A stretch of DNA of 64,000 nucleotides from Podarcis melisellensis (Eukaryota), in the NCBI GenBank assembly GCA_964234715.1, contig OZ174289.1. One strand, written 5' to 3'. Of the stretch, positions 48,929 through 60,900 are shown in pieces. Each line of letters begins with the position of its first letter. Position 1 is the first letter of the stretch. The position numbers were made by a program, and so were the translations under genes. A model generated the notes under the pieces. The model had not been told where the DNA came from. It worked only from the letters and a program-made list of their open reading frames with translations, and ran no database searches.

Positions 48929-51900
48929 TTATTTATACCCCGCCCATCTGGCTGGGCCTCCCCAGCCACTCTGGGCGGCTTCCATAGAAACCAAAAATAC
49001 AGTAAAATATCACACGTTAAAAACTTCCCTGATGTCATCTGAATGTCAGGTAGTTGTTTATCGCTTTGACATCTGCTGGAAGGGCGTTCCACAGGGCGGG
49101 CGCCACTACCGAGAAAGCCCTCTGCCTGGTTCCCTGTAGCTTTGCTTCTCGCAATGAGGGAACCGCCAGAAGGCCCTCGGCGCTGGACCTCAGCGTCCGG
49201 GCAGAATGATGGGGGTGGAGACGCTGCTTCAGGTATACTGGACCGAGGCCGTTTAGGGCTTTAAAGGTCAGCACCAACACTTTGAATTGTGCTCGGAAAC
49301 GTACTGGGAGCCAATGTAGGTCTTTCAAGACTGGTGTTATATGGTCTCGGCGGCCGGTCCCAGTCACCAGTCTAGCTGCCGCATTCTGGATTAGTTGTAG
49401 TTTCCGAGTCACCTTCAAAGGTAGCCCCACGTAGAGTGCATTGCAGTAGTCCAGGCAGGAGATAACCAGAGCATGCACCACTCTGGCGAGACAGTCCGCA
49501 GGCAGATAGGGTCTCAGCCTACGTACCAGATGGAGCTGGTAAACAGCTGCCCTGGACACAGATTTGACCTGTGCCTCCATGGACAGCCGTGAGTCCAAAA
49601 TGACTCCCAGGCTGCGCACCTGGTCCTTCAGGGGCACAGTTACCCCATTCAGGACCAGGGAATCCTCCACACCTGCCCGCCTCCTGTCCCCCAAAAACAG
49701 TACTTCTGTCTTGTCAGGATTCAACCTCAATCTGTTAGCCTCCATAAATAGGTACTGCTCTGGTGGGAAGGTCAACAGTGTTTCTGTGCACTGCTCTGGC
49801 TTTGCCAGAAGTGGCTTAGTCATGCTGGTCACATGACATGGAAAAACTGCTGGTGGAAGCGGACAAATGCCAGTTCCCTCGGCTTGTAAAGCAAAATGAG
49901 CGCCGCAACCCCAGAGTCGTTCGCGACTGGACTTAACTGTCAGGGGTCCCTTTACCTTTATATATACTGGAAATGCTCTCAAACTATGGTTTGGGTTCTA
50001 AATGATGATGAATGCATGTAGTATTATTTCTGAATTTTATTCCTCTGTATGTGTCTTTTCTTTTTTAAAAATAAACAGAATACAAAGAGCAGGATGTCGT
50101 TAATCTGTCTGTCAAGACACAAGGGAATTTGTCCCGTATCGAGAAGCAAGTAATGTGCCTCACCATTTGTTCATTGGCCACCATGCAGCGAATGTTTAAG
50201 GCCCTTCTTCTGCTAAACCGAAGCCCTCTAGCCAAAGCCATAATCAGCACAGAATATTCTGACTTCTCTCTCATGGGCTCAAATGTGGACTCTGAGAATT
50301 CTGTAAGTGTTTGAATTGGTTTTAAATGGGCTAAAGATATGTCGCAGTCCTGATTTAGGGAAGTATAATATCCTTGCTACCCATTACCAAATTGTATGCC
50401 AATGAGCCAGGTTTTAAGCTGAAATTTCCTCAGAGATGGGTAGAGAAGGCCAGAGAGATGGGAGATGATATTTGTTTATTTCTACTCCAGCAGCCAACTT
50501 TCCTTAATGGGTTGGGGAGAGGGGAGAAGTGACAGTTTAATGGTAAGATTAGCAACAAATGGAAGCTCTCTTTCCTTCTGCCATCTCCAAGGAAACCTTC
50601 GGAATTAAGGTTCACAAAGTCCCGCTTTCTGCATGGTGCTCATAACATGACTACAAATCAGTAGACCTTGGGAACAGGGAATGGTCTTTTAGATGTCTTA
50701 AAGGGGTGATGAACTTCAGGTCCAGGGGCCAAATTCCACCCTCCGAGCCTCTGTCCGGCCCTTGCAACTCTCCCCAGGCTATGTCCCTCACCAGCCTTGC
50801 TTTGCACCTTCCTTGAATGGTTTTGTTTTGTTTTTTGCCTGGCTTTGATGTGTACTTGAGTTCTGATCAAGCCTCTTGCTTACCTGAATTTGGGATGAGA
50901 TAAAGTGGTGTCTTCAGTGTGAAGAAGCAACTGTACAAAGATAAAATGTACTATGTTGTTCTGCCCATATTCATCCCTGGCATGTGGCCTTAGAAGGTTG
51001 CTCAAGAAGGAATGTTATCTACACCCAAGTGTATAATTCTTCCTACTCCTTTATGTCTCCTTTTTATTATGCATTTTGTGCTCTCATTTTGTATTTTTAT
51101 GTTGTGACCCTCCCTATGAGCTTCGGATGAAGGACGGTTGACAAATTTAATCACTCATAAAAAAATAGTAGCAATGCATGAACTATGGAGGGACGCGGGT
51201 GGCGCTGTGGGTTAAACCACAGAGCCTAGGACTTGCCGATCGGGGTGAGCTGTTGTTTGGTCCCAGCTCCTTCCAACCTAGCAGTTTGAAAGCACACATT
51301 GCAAGTAGATAAATGGTTACTGCTCCGGCGGGAAGGTAAACGGCGTTTCCGTGCACTGCTCTGGTTCGCCAGAAGCAGCTTAGTCATGCTGGCCACATGA
51401 CCTGGAAGCTGTATGCCGGCTCCCTCGGCCAATAAAGCGAGATGAGCGCCGCAACCCCAGAGTCGACAATGACTGGACCTAATGGTCAGGGGTCCCTTTA
51501 CCTTTACCTTTATGAACTATGGCCTAGCTCAAAGCAGGAGAATTAGCAAGGTTCCTGTCCCAGGAACCCACATGCTCACACTAAGCCATGGTTTGGCATA
51601 GCAGCAGTATAAACCAAGTCACAGAAATCTCAGGGAATAGAAAGGTCTTGTGAATGACATGCCTTTGTCCTCTCTCCTACTCCACAGTCTTCGTACATGA
51701 GAGAATTTAATGAAGATCAAAGGACAGCTATTGAAACAGCTTATGCCCTCGTGACACAGTCTCCTTCGCTGCCCAAAATTTGCTTGATCCATGGGCCACC
51801 TGGATCTGGGAAATCTAAGACTATCCTTGGACTCCTTTACTGCATTTTCATCGAGGTGGGTTAGGTCGATAACACCCTGCATGTGCCAGTCCTCGTGAAA

Positions 51901-54900
51901 TGCACGAGAGTAGCTAATAGGCTTAACAACAAATGGCATCCCCAGCTCTCTTATTCTGGTGGCAAATTACAAGACACAATATTTTATATTGCTTTATGTA
52001 AAACACTTAGGGTTTTATTTTGAGTTATTGTTGTTAATTAATGGGAAATGTCATAGCTATAATGGAAGTGTATTTGCTCAGCATACAGAAAAGGTCCCAT
52101 AACTGATCCCTGGCATTTCCAGGTATAGTCCCTGCCTGAAACCTTGGAGACAACTGATGTCAGTCCATGCACCCTATTGAGGGAGGTGGGCCAATATAAG
52201 GAAGCTTCCTATGTTCCCATATAAATCTTGTTAAATAAATAAATAGTGGTCCCTCTTATTATATACTGGTTTTAGCCTGGTGCTTTAAAAAAAAAGTAGG
52301 GTTGCTTTCTTCTCTTTTTTTTATTGGACCTGTTCTTGTCCCTTTACATAACGTCCATTATGTGTGTGCAAGGAATTGAGCTTTCAGTGAGGCAGCACTT
52401 ATTCTCTGGAACTCCCTGCCCATTGAAATTAGGCAAGCATATTCCTTGTACTGTTTCTGCTCAAACCTTTTCATTTAGGCAAGCCTATCCAGACTGTGGT
52501 CTAAACAACAGAGCCTAGGGCTTGCCGATCAGAAGGTCGGTGGTTCAAATCCCTGCAACAGGGTGAGCTCCTGTAGCTCGGTCCCTGCTCCTGCCAACCT
52601 AGCAGTTCGAAAGCACATCAGAGTGCAAGTAGATAAATAGGTACCACTTCGGCAGAAAGATAAACGGCGTTTCTGTGTGCTGCTCTGGTTCACCAGAAGC
52701 AGCTTAGTCTTGCTGGCCACATGACCCCGAAGCTGTACGCCAGCTCCCTCAGCCAGTAAAGCGAGATGAGCACCGCAACCCAGAGTCGTCTGCGACTGGA
52801 CCTAATGGTCAGGGGTCCCTTTACCTATCCAGACGTATAATTTTATTATGTACATTTGGTTTTGCATTATTTTAAAAGTTTATTTTTATCTCTTATTTTC
52901 ATCATTTTATATATCTGATTATTTGCTATTTTTCTGTTTTTTCTTTAACTTTATTAAACCACTTATATTTTTTTTATTAAGCAGCATATAAATCTTGTTT
53001 AATTAAAAAAAATCAGGAAAGATGAAGGTCTTAAAAATTTCCATGTATTGGATTGCTCTTAAAGACACAGATGTAAGAGGAGGGACTGGTAAAGAAAAAA
53101 ATGTATATAGATAACTCTGAATGGTTAAAGACTCATATTCTTCATATGATTTTTCTTTAAAAATAAAATCCAGAGTACACAATTTGTTGAATCCACTGCT
53201 AGTTGATAGCAGGCAGTACGTAAAAGAGGACTGGATAAATTTATGGAGAATAAGACTATCAATGGCTTCTAGCCACAATCAGAGGCATCAATGCTTCTGA
53301 ATATCAGTTGCTGGAAACCTCAGGAGGGAATCAGGGGCGTAGGAAGTGAGGTGCGGGGGATACGGTCCGCCCCGAGTGTCATTCTGGAGGGGGGTGACAA
53401 AATCGCACTGTCTGAAACAGCAGCATGGGGCTTGCATCCACTGGGTGGACTCTGTGGGCAGCTCACTGTGTTGCCCCTGTGGGCGGATCGCCCCGCCCCC
53501 ACCACTCTGAATGCCGGAGCAGCTGGCTACGCCCCCAGAGGGATGAGTGCACTTGTGCTCAGATCCTGCTTGCCAGTTTCCCACAAGCATCTGGCTGGCC
53601 TCTGTGAGAACAGGATGCTGGACTAGATGGATCATTGGCCTGATCCAGCAGGCTGCTCTTAGTTGTACTTGGAATAGACTCTTTGCAGTTACGGTGCATG
53701 ATAAACACAGGCCTCATAAATTTAAGGGTCTATGAGTAAAATTATGTTGGATACAACCATTGCGCTTTAAAAAGGGACCTTGATCTGAAAGGGTGCAAGA
53801 CTGCCCTACATTATTGCATTTACATTTTTCTCCATCCCCTTTGTGCCCTGAGAGAACTGCAAGGGAGTCACTTATTTGGCTAAATATTAGAGGGCACTTC
53901 ATAGAGGTAGGAGCTTTTCAAATGAGACTATCTCGGGGATGGGGGTGGCCTTTCTGTTGCAGGAGGTCCTTTACCCACAGCATTTTTTTCAAGGATGTTG
54001 AGGTTGCAGGGTAGACCCTTTGTCCATCAGGGAGTTGGACTAGATGCTGTTTGAAAGACCCTTCAAGGATTGTTATGCATTCCTCTTTTTTATCATTTTT
54101 ATTAGTTTTCCTTTACAATAATCCAATAATAGCCTCATTATAACAATGCCAAATTATAATACAATTATTAATACTAATCATTTAGATGCCAAATTATATA
54201 ATTTTGGTCCCCCCCCCATGTGCTAGAATTGATGGTTTGATGATTTACTTTATTTCTGCGTTCCAGAATCTTATTAATTTCAGTTACACTCCAGTCAAAA
54301 TAACAATCCCTTAAACAACAACTGCACTTTTAACTACTTCCATTGATATTGACACATAAAGTTATTTGTAAATCTACAGGTGAAGCATTCAAACTGTATC
54401 CTTGTTCTTCCTGTGTGGATTGTTATGCATTCCTAGACTGGACATGACTACTTACAGTGGTACCTTGGGTTACATACGCTTCAGGTTACATACGCTTCAG
54501 GTTACAGACTCCGCTAACCCAGAAATAGTACCTTGGGCTATCGTGCTCTGGTGGCATGGTGGCAGCAGGAGGCCCCATTAGCTAAAGTGTCAGGTTAACA
54601 ACAGTTTCAGGTTAAGTACGGACCTCCGGAACAAACTAAGTACTTAACCCGAGGTACCACTGTATATGATTCAGTTGTTTCAATTGTGTTACTCTGGGTG
54701 TAACTTACAACTTCTCTCCTCCCCTTTTTTTAATCTCCAGAGACCAGGAAAAGAAAATTCTGTGCAAAGCAAAATCAAGAACCGTGTGCTGCTGTGTGCC
54801 CCATCCAACGCTGCTGTCGACGACCTGATGAAAAAAATAATTCTTATGTTCAAGGGAAAATGCCAGGACAGTAGCAGTCCTTTGGGTACATTGAGTTCTT

Positions 54901-57900
54901 GCCCAGTTCCCATCTGTGGAAGTCATGGTTTGGTGGGAGCAATTGGCTTGGTTATAGCTAAATGCTAAGACTTATTCAGGATTTAAGTCACTTAGGACTG
55001 TGCTCCCACCCTTTCAGTGTAGTTAGCAGTAATTACGCTTACTGTAGCATATGTTCTTGCAGAAAAGTCATTCCAAATGGGGCCTGGTGCCATCTCTGTT
55101 TATCTTTTAGACTCCAAGCATGGTCTTTCCTGTACATCCTTAATCTTTTTAAAAAGGATGTTTAGGGTTCTTTGAGATATTTTTAATGCTGCACTTGTCT
55201 ACTGAAAGGTTTGCTTCATTTCTTTTTGCTAGTTTTCGTGGTTTTAAAAAATTGTTATTTGTATTTTATTTTATTTTGTAAACCATCCTATGGGTGTTTT
55301 CAGCAAAAGAACGTTAAGTACCTAAGAAGAGCCTGCAGGATCAGGCCAGTGGTCCACATAGCCCTCTTCCAGTTCTCATAGTGACCACCCAAAAACCTAA
55401 ATGCTGCAACCTTTCCTTGTAGGAGAGTTGCTCTTTCCCCTTGATCATTTAGTTGCCCTTTCCTGAACATTTTCCAACTCTTAACTCTTAATGTGCAAGA
55501 TGCAGATTTCAGGATTTGCTAAGCAGATCAAAATTGTTTGTGAAATGCTTTTCTTTCTTTTTCAAAAAACTAACTGTAATGTAGCAAGGCACTGAGTATC
55601 TGTTTTACATCCAGGAAACTGTGGTGACATCAACTTGGTGAGACTGGGACAAGAAAGCTCCATCAGCAGGGACGTCTGGAAGTTTAGTCTAGATGCCCAG
55701 GTCGACCATGAAATAAGTGAGTATCTTATAAAGGGTTTTTTTCACGCCCCCCCCCCAATATTTTTTTAGAAGCATTTCATTTATAAAAGAGTGAGGAAAG
55801 AGAAAGAAAATGAGTGAGAATGAAAAATAGAAAATTCTTTTACATTACCATACATAAATATCCAGATGTGTATATTCTTATTATTCTAATACACATATAA
55901 TTGTCAGTAGTAGTTTATTCTGTGTAAACTCATTCCAAATATTATTGTATATATCCGAAGAAAGTCTGCATCCATAAGCTGTCCAATCATATGTTAAGCC
56001 ATTGATTAAGGGGAATCGTGTCTCTCTTCTTCCAATTCATCAGTATCAGTCTCTTGGCCACCATTAGGGCATGTAGATTCCATTTTTGCTGTCCTTTTGT
56101 CAATTTCCATACAATGGGTATATAGCTCAAGAGCACATTCACCTCTGAAAATCTTAATTTTTTCCGTAGGATCTTTGTTTATATAGTTCAGCACTGCCTC
56201 CCCAAAACTTAGTAAGTTGTGACACAGTAAAAACATATGTTTCAAGGAAGCACTGTCTATTATTACAGCTCCAACAAAGAGCTACATTAGATAGTCCTTT
56301 CTTATACAAACATAAGGGAGTCAAGTAGAAAATAATACTTAGAATCTACTGGACTCCCTTATGTTTGTATAAGATCCATTGATGCATCTGATACTAAAGC
56401 TATGACAGTTTCCTTCTGTCTAGGAAATAGTGAGCATTCCAAATCTTTATACCAATAATTTCTTAGAGTTTAAGAAATTAAACTTTATCAAACTTATTTG
56501 TTGATAGTATATAACTATAAAAAGTAATCCTGCCTTTTTAGTTTCAAATGAATTATCCAATTGCTCCAAAATCTCTGGTGTGTCATATGTTGTGAAGGCT
56601 GCTGGACCAAAGATGTTGTTGCTGCAAGTATTGCCATTGGGCCACCTCTGACATATGGTATTTTTCTCTTAGAGCATCATACATGTAAAATTTTTCTTCC
56701 TCATCTATCAGTTGGTTTTTCCCCATGGTCAATTGTCTCTTGATTAGTTGTTTTAATAGTGAGGTCCAAAAGTTGGCCTCTGTTCTATCTGAAATAGTCT
56801 TCCCAGATCATAAGCCCAGAGCAGGGATTAGCTGGGGGGATGAAATCCTGTAACATCATCCTACCCCTCCCATCGTATCCAGGTCTGTAGCCGGAGGTTG
56901 TTTAATTAAATAAATTTATACGTGCAGGTTCTGCTTAGCAAACACAATGTGTTTCTTGGAAATGGTTTGTTAGGAACTACTTGTTTCGAAAGCACATCAA
57001 AGTGCAAGTAGATAAATAGGTACCGCTCCGGCAGGAAGGTAAACGGCATTTGCATGCGCTGCTCTGGTTCACCAGAAGCAGCTTAGTCATGCTGGCCACA
57101 TGACCCGGAAGCTGTATGCTGGCTCCCTCGGCCAGTAAAGCAAGCATTGAATTTCAGTGTGTGAGAGAAAGCATCTTGGTAAATGACCAACGTTCTGTTT
57201 CAAAAGTGGAATATAAATGACTAAACTAAAAGCACTTGGTTGAATTCCTTAGGCAAAGCAGCCCTTGTCAGACATCAAGATATCTGCAAACGAAAAGAAG
57301 ACCTGGATCGACAGCTGGACATTATTTGTCGCCAGCGTGCTATAGCAAAAACCCAAAGCGCTAGCCAGGTACTTGTTTGTTAGCATGGGTAATTGTACTA
57401 GGATTAGCACGTCCAAATCAGGCTGTTGAGTAGGCTGGCATTCCGAAACTTGTTAAGACCTGTTTTGCAGTTAAACGTGTCAAGGCATGAGGGAGGGGCC
57501 AAAACATGGTGGTGTCGTGCTTCACTTGTTCAAGGACACAGCCTCCAGAAATGGGGGGCTCAGGTAGCAAGGGGGCTGTGCAGAACAAAATGTTTTTAGT
57601 AAGATTTGTTGAGTTAGAGCGTTGGTCCATCTAGCTCAGCATTGTCTGCTCTAACTGGCAGTCACTGTCCAGGGTTTCCGGCAAGGGTCTCTCCCAAACT
57701 TACCTAGAGATGCCATTGGGGATTGAACTGGGTCCCTCTGTGTGCAAAGCAGATGCTCTACCTCTGCACAGCAGCCTGTCCCCTAAAATGAAATAAGGTT
57801 CCAGTCCTCGTGGTTCTGAATTAAAGCTGACTTAATAGCTGCTCTTCACTGAATCAGACCATTGTTCTCTCTAGCATTGTTTACATCAGGGTGGTTTGAG

Positions 57901-60900
57901 GTTTTTTGCTTCGCTAGAATGTGTCCTTGGAGTTTTGCTTTCCTGGATAGCAGATTGGGAGAGGGGTGTAGAATTGAGTCAGCTGTACAAAGGGAATACC
58001 CATTACTGACACATGACCCCTGCAAACTTGCTCAGAAAGGGATGCAGACCTGAGGTGGAAAAAGGTTCATCACCCTGATCTACACTGACAGGCAGCAGCT
58101 TTCCAGGGTTTCAGACAATGGATATTCCTCCCTGGAAATGCTATTGAGGACTGAACTGGAGAGCTTCTGCATGCTTAGCAGATACTACTGCTGAGCTCAG
58201 GAAGCTGCCTTATCTTTCATCCATCCAGCTCATTTTCTCAATACTGACAGGCAACAGCTCTCTGGGGTTTCAGCCAGTTACCTGCCTAGCCCTACCTGGA
58301 GATGCCATTGTAGACTGAATCTGGGACCCTCTGCATCCAAAGCAGATGCTCTGCTGCTGAACTATGCTCTTCCCCATGCTTGGTTGTTTATGCTTTTCAA
58401 AAATATATGTTGCTATGGCCATTGGCTAATGTGAATAAAGTTTATCTTGCTAAAAATAAGAGTGCAACTTTCCCCCTTTCTTTCAGCTGCAATTATTAGA
58501 CAAGGAGATTTGCAGACTTGGAGAGGAAAGAAAGAAGCTCACTGTTCAACTGAAGAAGGTAACTCTTTAAGGTGCTCTTAAAAACAGGCTCACTCAGTGA
58601 ACTGCTTTGTTTCGTCATGCAGAAAAGTGTTTATATCTCAAGTTAGCTCCAGCTAGGATATATCTATCATTACCGCAGATCACTGATGGTGCTGCTGCTC
58701 TGTTGCACATCAGTCATGTGCCATAAACTCAGTCCAGTCATAGACTTATAAGCATTTGTGGGGGCTCAGAGATCATCGAGTCCAGTGTCTTGCTTTCTGT
58801 TCAGCTATTAAGGTGCCAGCCTGAGCCCTGAAAAGCACATCAAACAAAAAGAAGTTAGAAGTGTAGCGCTCCCTCCCACTTCCTCTTTCAGCTCTACAAG
58901 TTGTATGCAACTAAATTTTAATGGGCTCATTATGTTATTAATTGTGTTGGATACAACCTTTTGCACTTTCCAAGGCAGGGGTTAGCTCTCATCACCTTGC
59001 GGCACAGAAGGTGGAGCTCAGGGGCTTGGTGGGCATCGGGAGAAGTGGCACTGTTGTACTCCTGAGTGCCACACTGGTGAACGCATATGCCTTCATTTAA
59101 CTCTAAGCAGGTATTGGCTGTGTTCATCATGAGTCATAGGAGCACAGGGAAGCTGTGTTATACTGAGACCATTGGTCTGTCTAGGTCAATACTGTCTGCA
59201 CTGATTGGCAGTGGCTGTTCAGGATTTCAGGCAGGGGACATCCAAAGCCCTAACTGAAGATACTGGCTAATGAAGCTGCCACCTTCTGCATTCAAAATGG
59301 GCACCCCTCCACAGAGCTATGGCCCTTCATTTTAGCATCTAAGCCACTTCTTCCTCTAAAAGGAGCTGAATTCATCTTTAACCACACACTGAGCATGGAC
59401 TTGTTGATGTAAAAACAAATCAGGCTGCTGAAAGAAAACTGGGCTCTGTCTGAAAACTAGGTCTTCTTCAAAATGAAATTCCTGGCTCTTTTTTTCCAGG
59501 ATTGCGGACGATCGCAAGGCGATTTGAAAGCGAACATCATCCTGAAGTCGCACATCATCTGCTGCACACTGAGCACCAGTGGGAATAGCATGCTGGCATC
59601 AGCATTCCGGCGGCAGGGCTGTGACCCTCTGAGCTGTGTCATTGTGGATGAGGTTAGTGGGCACTATGGCAGCATGGGGGTATTCAGAGGGGAGGATGTC
59701 ATTGGTACCTTTTAGGCATCGCAGAAACAACCCTGTTCACTTTGGCTGGCTTTGTATTTATTTGATTGTTTATTTCCACCATTGGCACCACCTTTTGACA
59801 CTAAAAGCTCTCAAGGTAGCTTTTTTTGTTCATTGTGATTGATTGATTGATTCTGGAGATATAGCCTGTTTTTTCTTCTTCCTATTTTGAGATGTGTATG
59901 AGTGGCTTGCCTTGGGTTTTTTGTTTGAGGTACCGGTGAGTCTGAGCCTTGCCAGTTTTTCTTCCATGAAATGGGTCTTTTGTGAAGCCCATAACAGTTT
60001 CTTAGATTTCCAGATAGGCCCCTGAGCTCCAAAAGGTTGGGTAGCCCTGTTAGCAAACGAAGGATGCTGCCTTATATTGAATGAGACCATTGACCCATCT
60101 TGCCTGTCCTGACTGGCTGCAGCTCTCCAGGGTTTCAGGCAAGAGACTCTCCCAGCCCTACCTGGAGATGCCACTGGGGATTGAACCTGGGACCTTCTGC
60201 AAATCATGTGCCTTTTGGAGGGCATCTTGTTGTCTACCCTTAGACAATCCTCTCTTACAACCTTACACTTTTCTCTGACTCGTAACAACAGCAGTAAGTA
60301 TACTTTGCCTATAAGGACTGCCGCTTGTTTCCTCTTTCTCTGACCCTGGGCCTGATCACCACATTTCACAGCCTTCCTTCTGGCAGCAAGGAGTTTTTCC
60401 TTTTGCAGCTCAGACCAGTGGTTCCTCCATCCCAGAGAGCAGCAGCACCCCCCCCCCTTGAACCTTCTGCCAGTGAAGTCTTTCTCAAAGATGCCTAGAG
60501 CAGGGGACCTGAGAGTTGCAAAGCTTGTTCTTGGTCCCAGAACCCCGATTAATATCTTTGTAAGGGGAAAGAATTATATTAATAGACGTAAGCTTTCAAG
60601 CAAGCCACCCTGCCCCGTCTTACAGCTTTGTTGAAGGCAGTCCATCTTGGGCCATGAAAAGGCTCTCCTCTGTCACTTCATTTAGCAAAATCTGACACTG
60701 TCCCCAGGCCCTGTCATGGCAAGAACAACATGCAGAATCTTAATTTTCTGTGTGTGCTGAGATTTGAAAATGAGTTTTCCTCTTGGCTTGAGTGCTTTGC
60801 ACATTTTTGAGGGGTGGGCATTTTGACTTTGATGCCAAGATAAATCCCCCCCCCAACTGGCTATCCACCAATCTCAAGTTGAAAAAGCCATCACCACCGT

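Larger units (their letters stand above)
57615..60205 (-). mobile_element. Cluster of about 5 old tRNA-derived SINE copies (~57615, 58075, 58200, 59135, 60060). Same family also at ~12690, 17400, 21096, 28800 and 52060
   Basis: Recurrent ctctccagggtttcag...ccctacctggagatgcc...gggattgaacctgggaccttctgca motif. Confidence 0.7.

Noticed and set aside
49035-49982. 315-aa ORF as a novel gene
   Set aside because: It is a chimeric read-through from an antisense Sauria SINE into a truncated L2 RT C-terminus.
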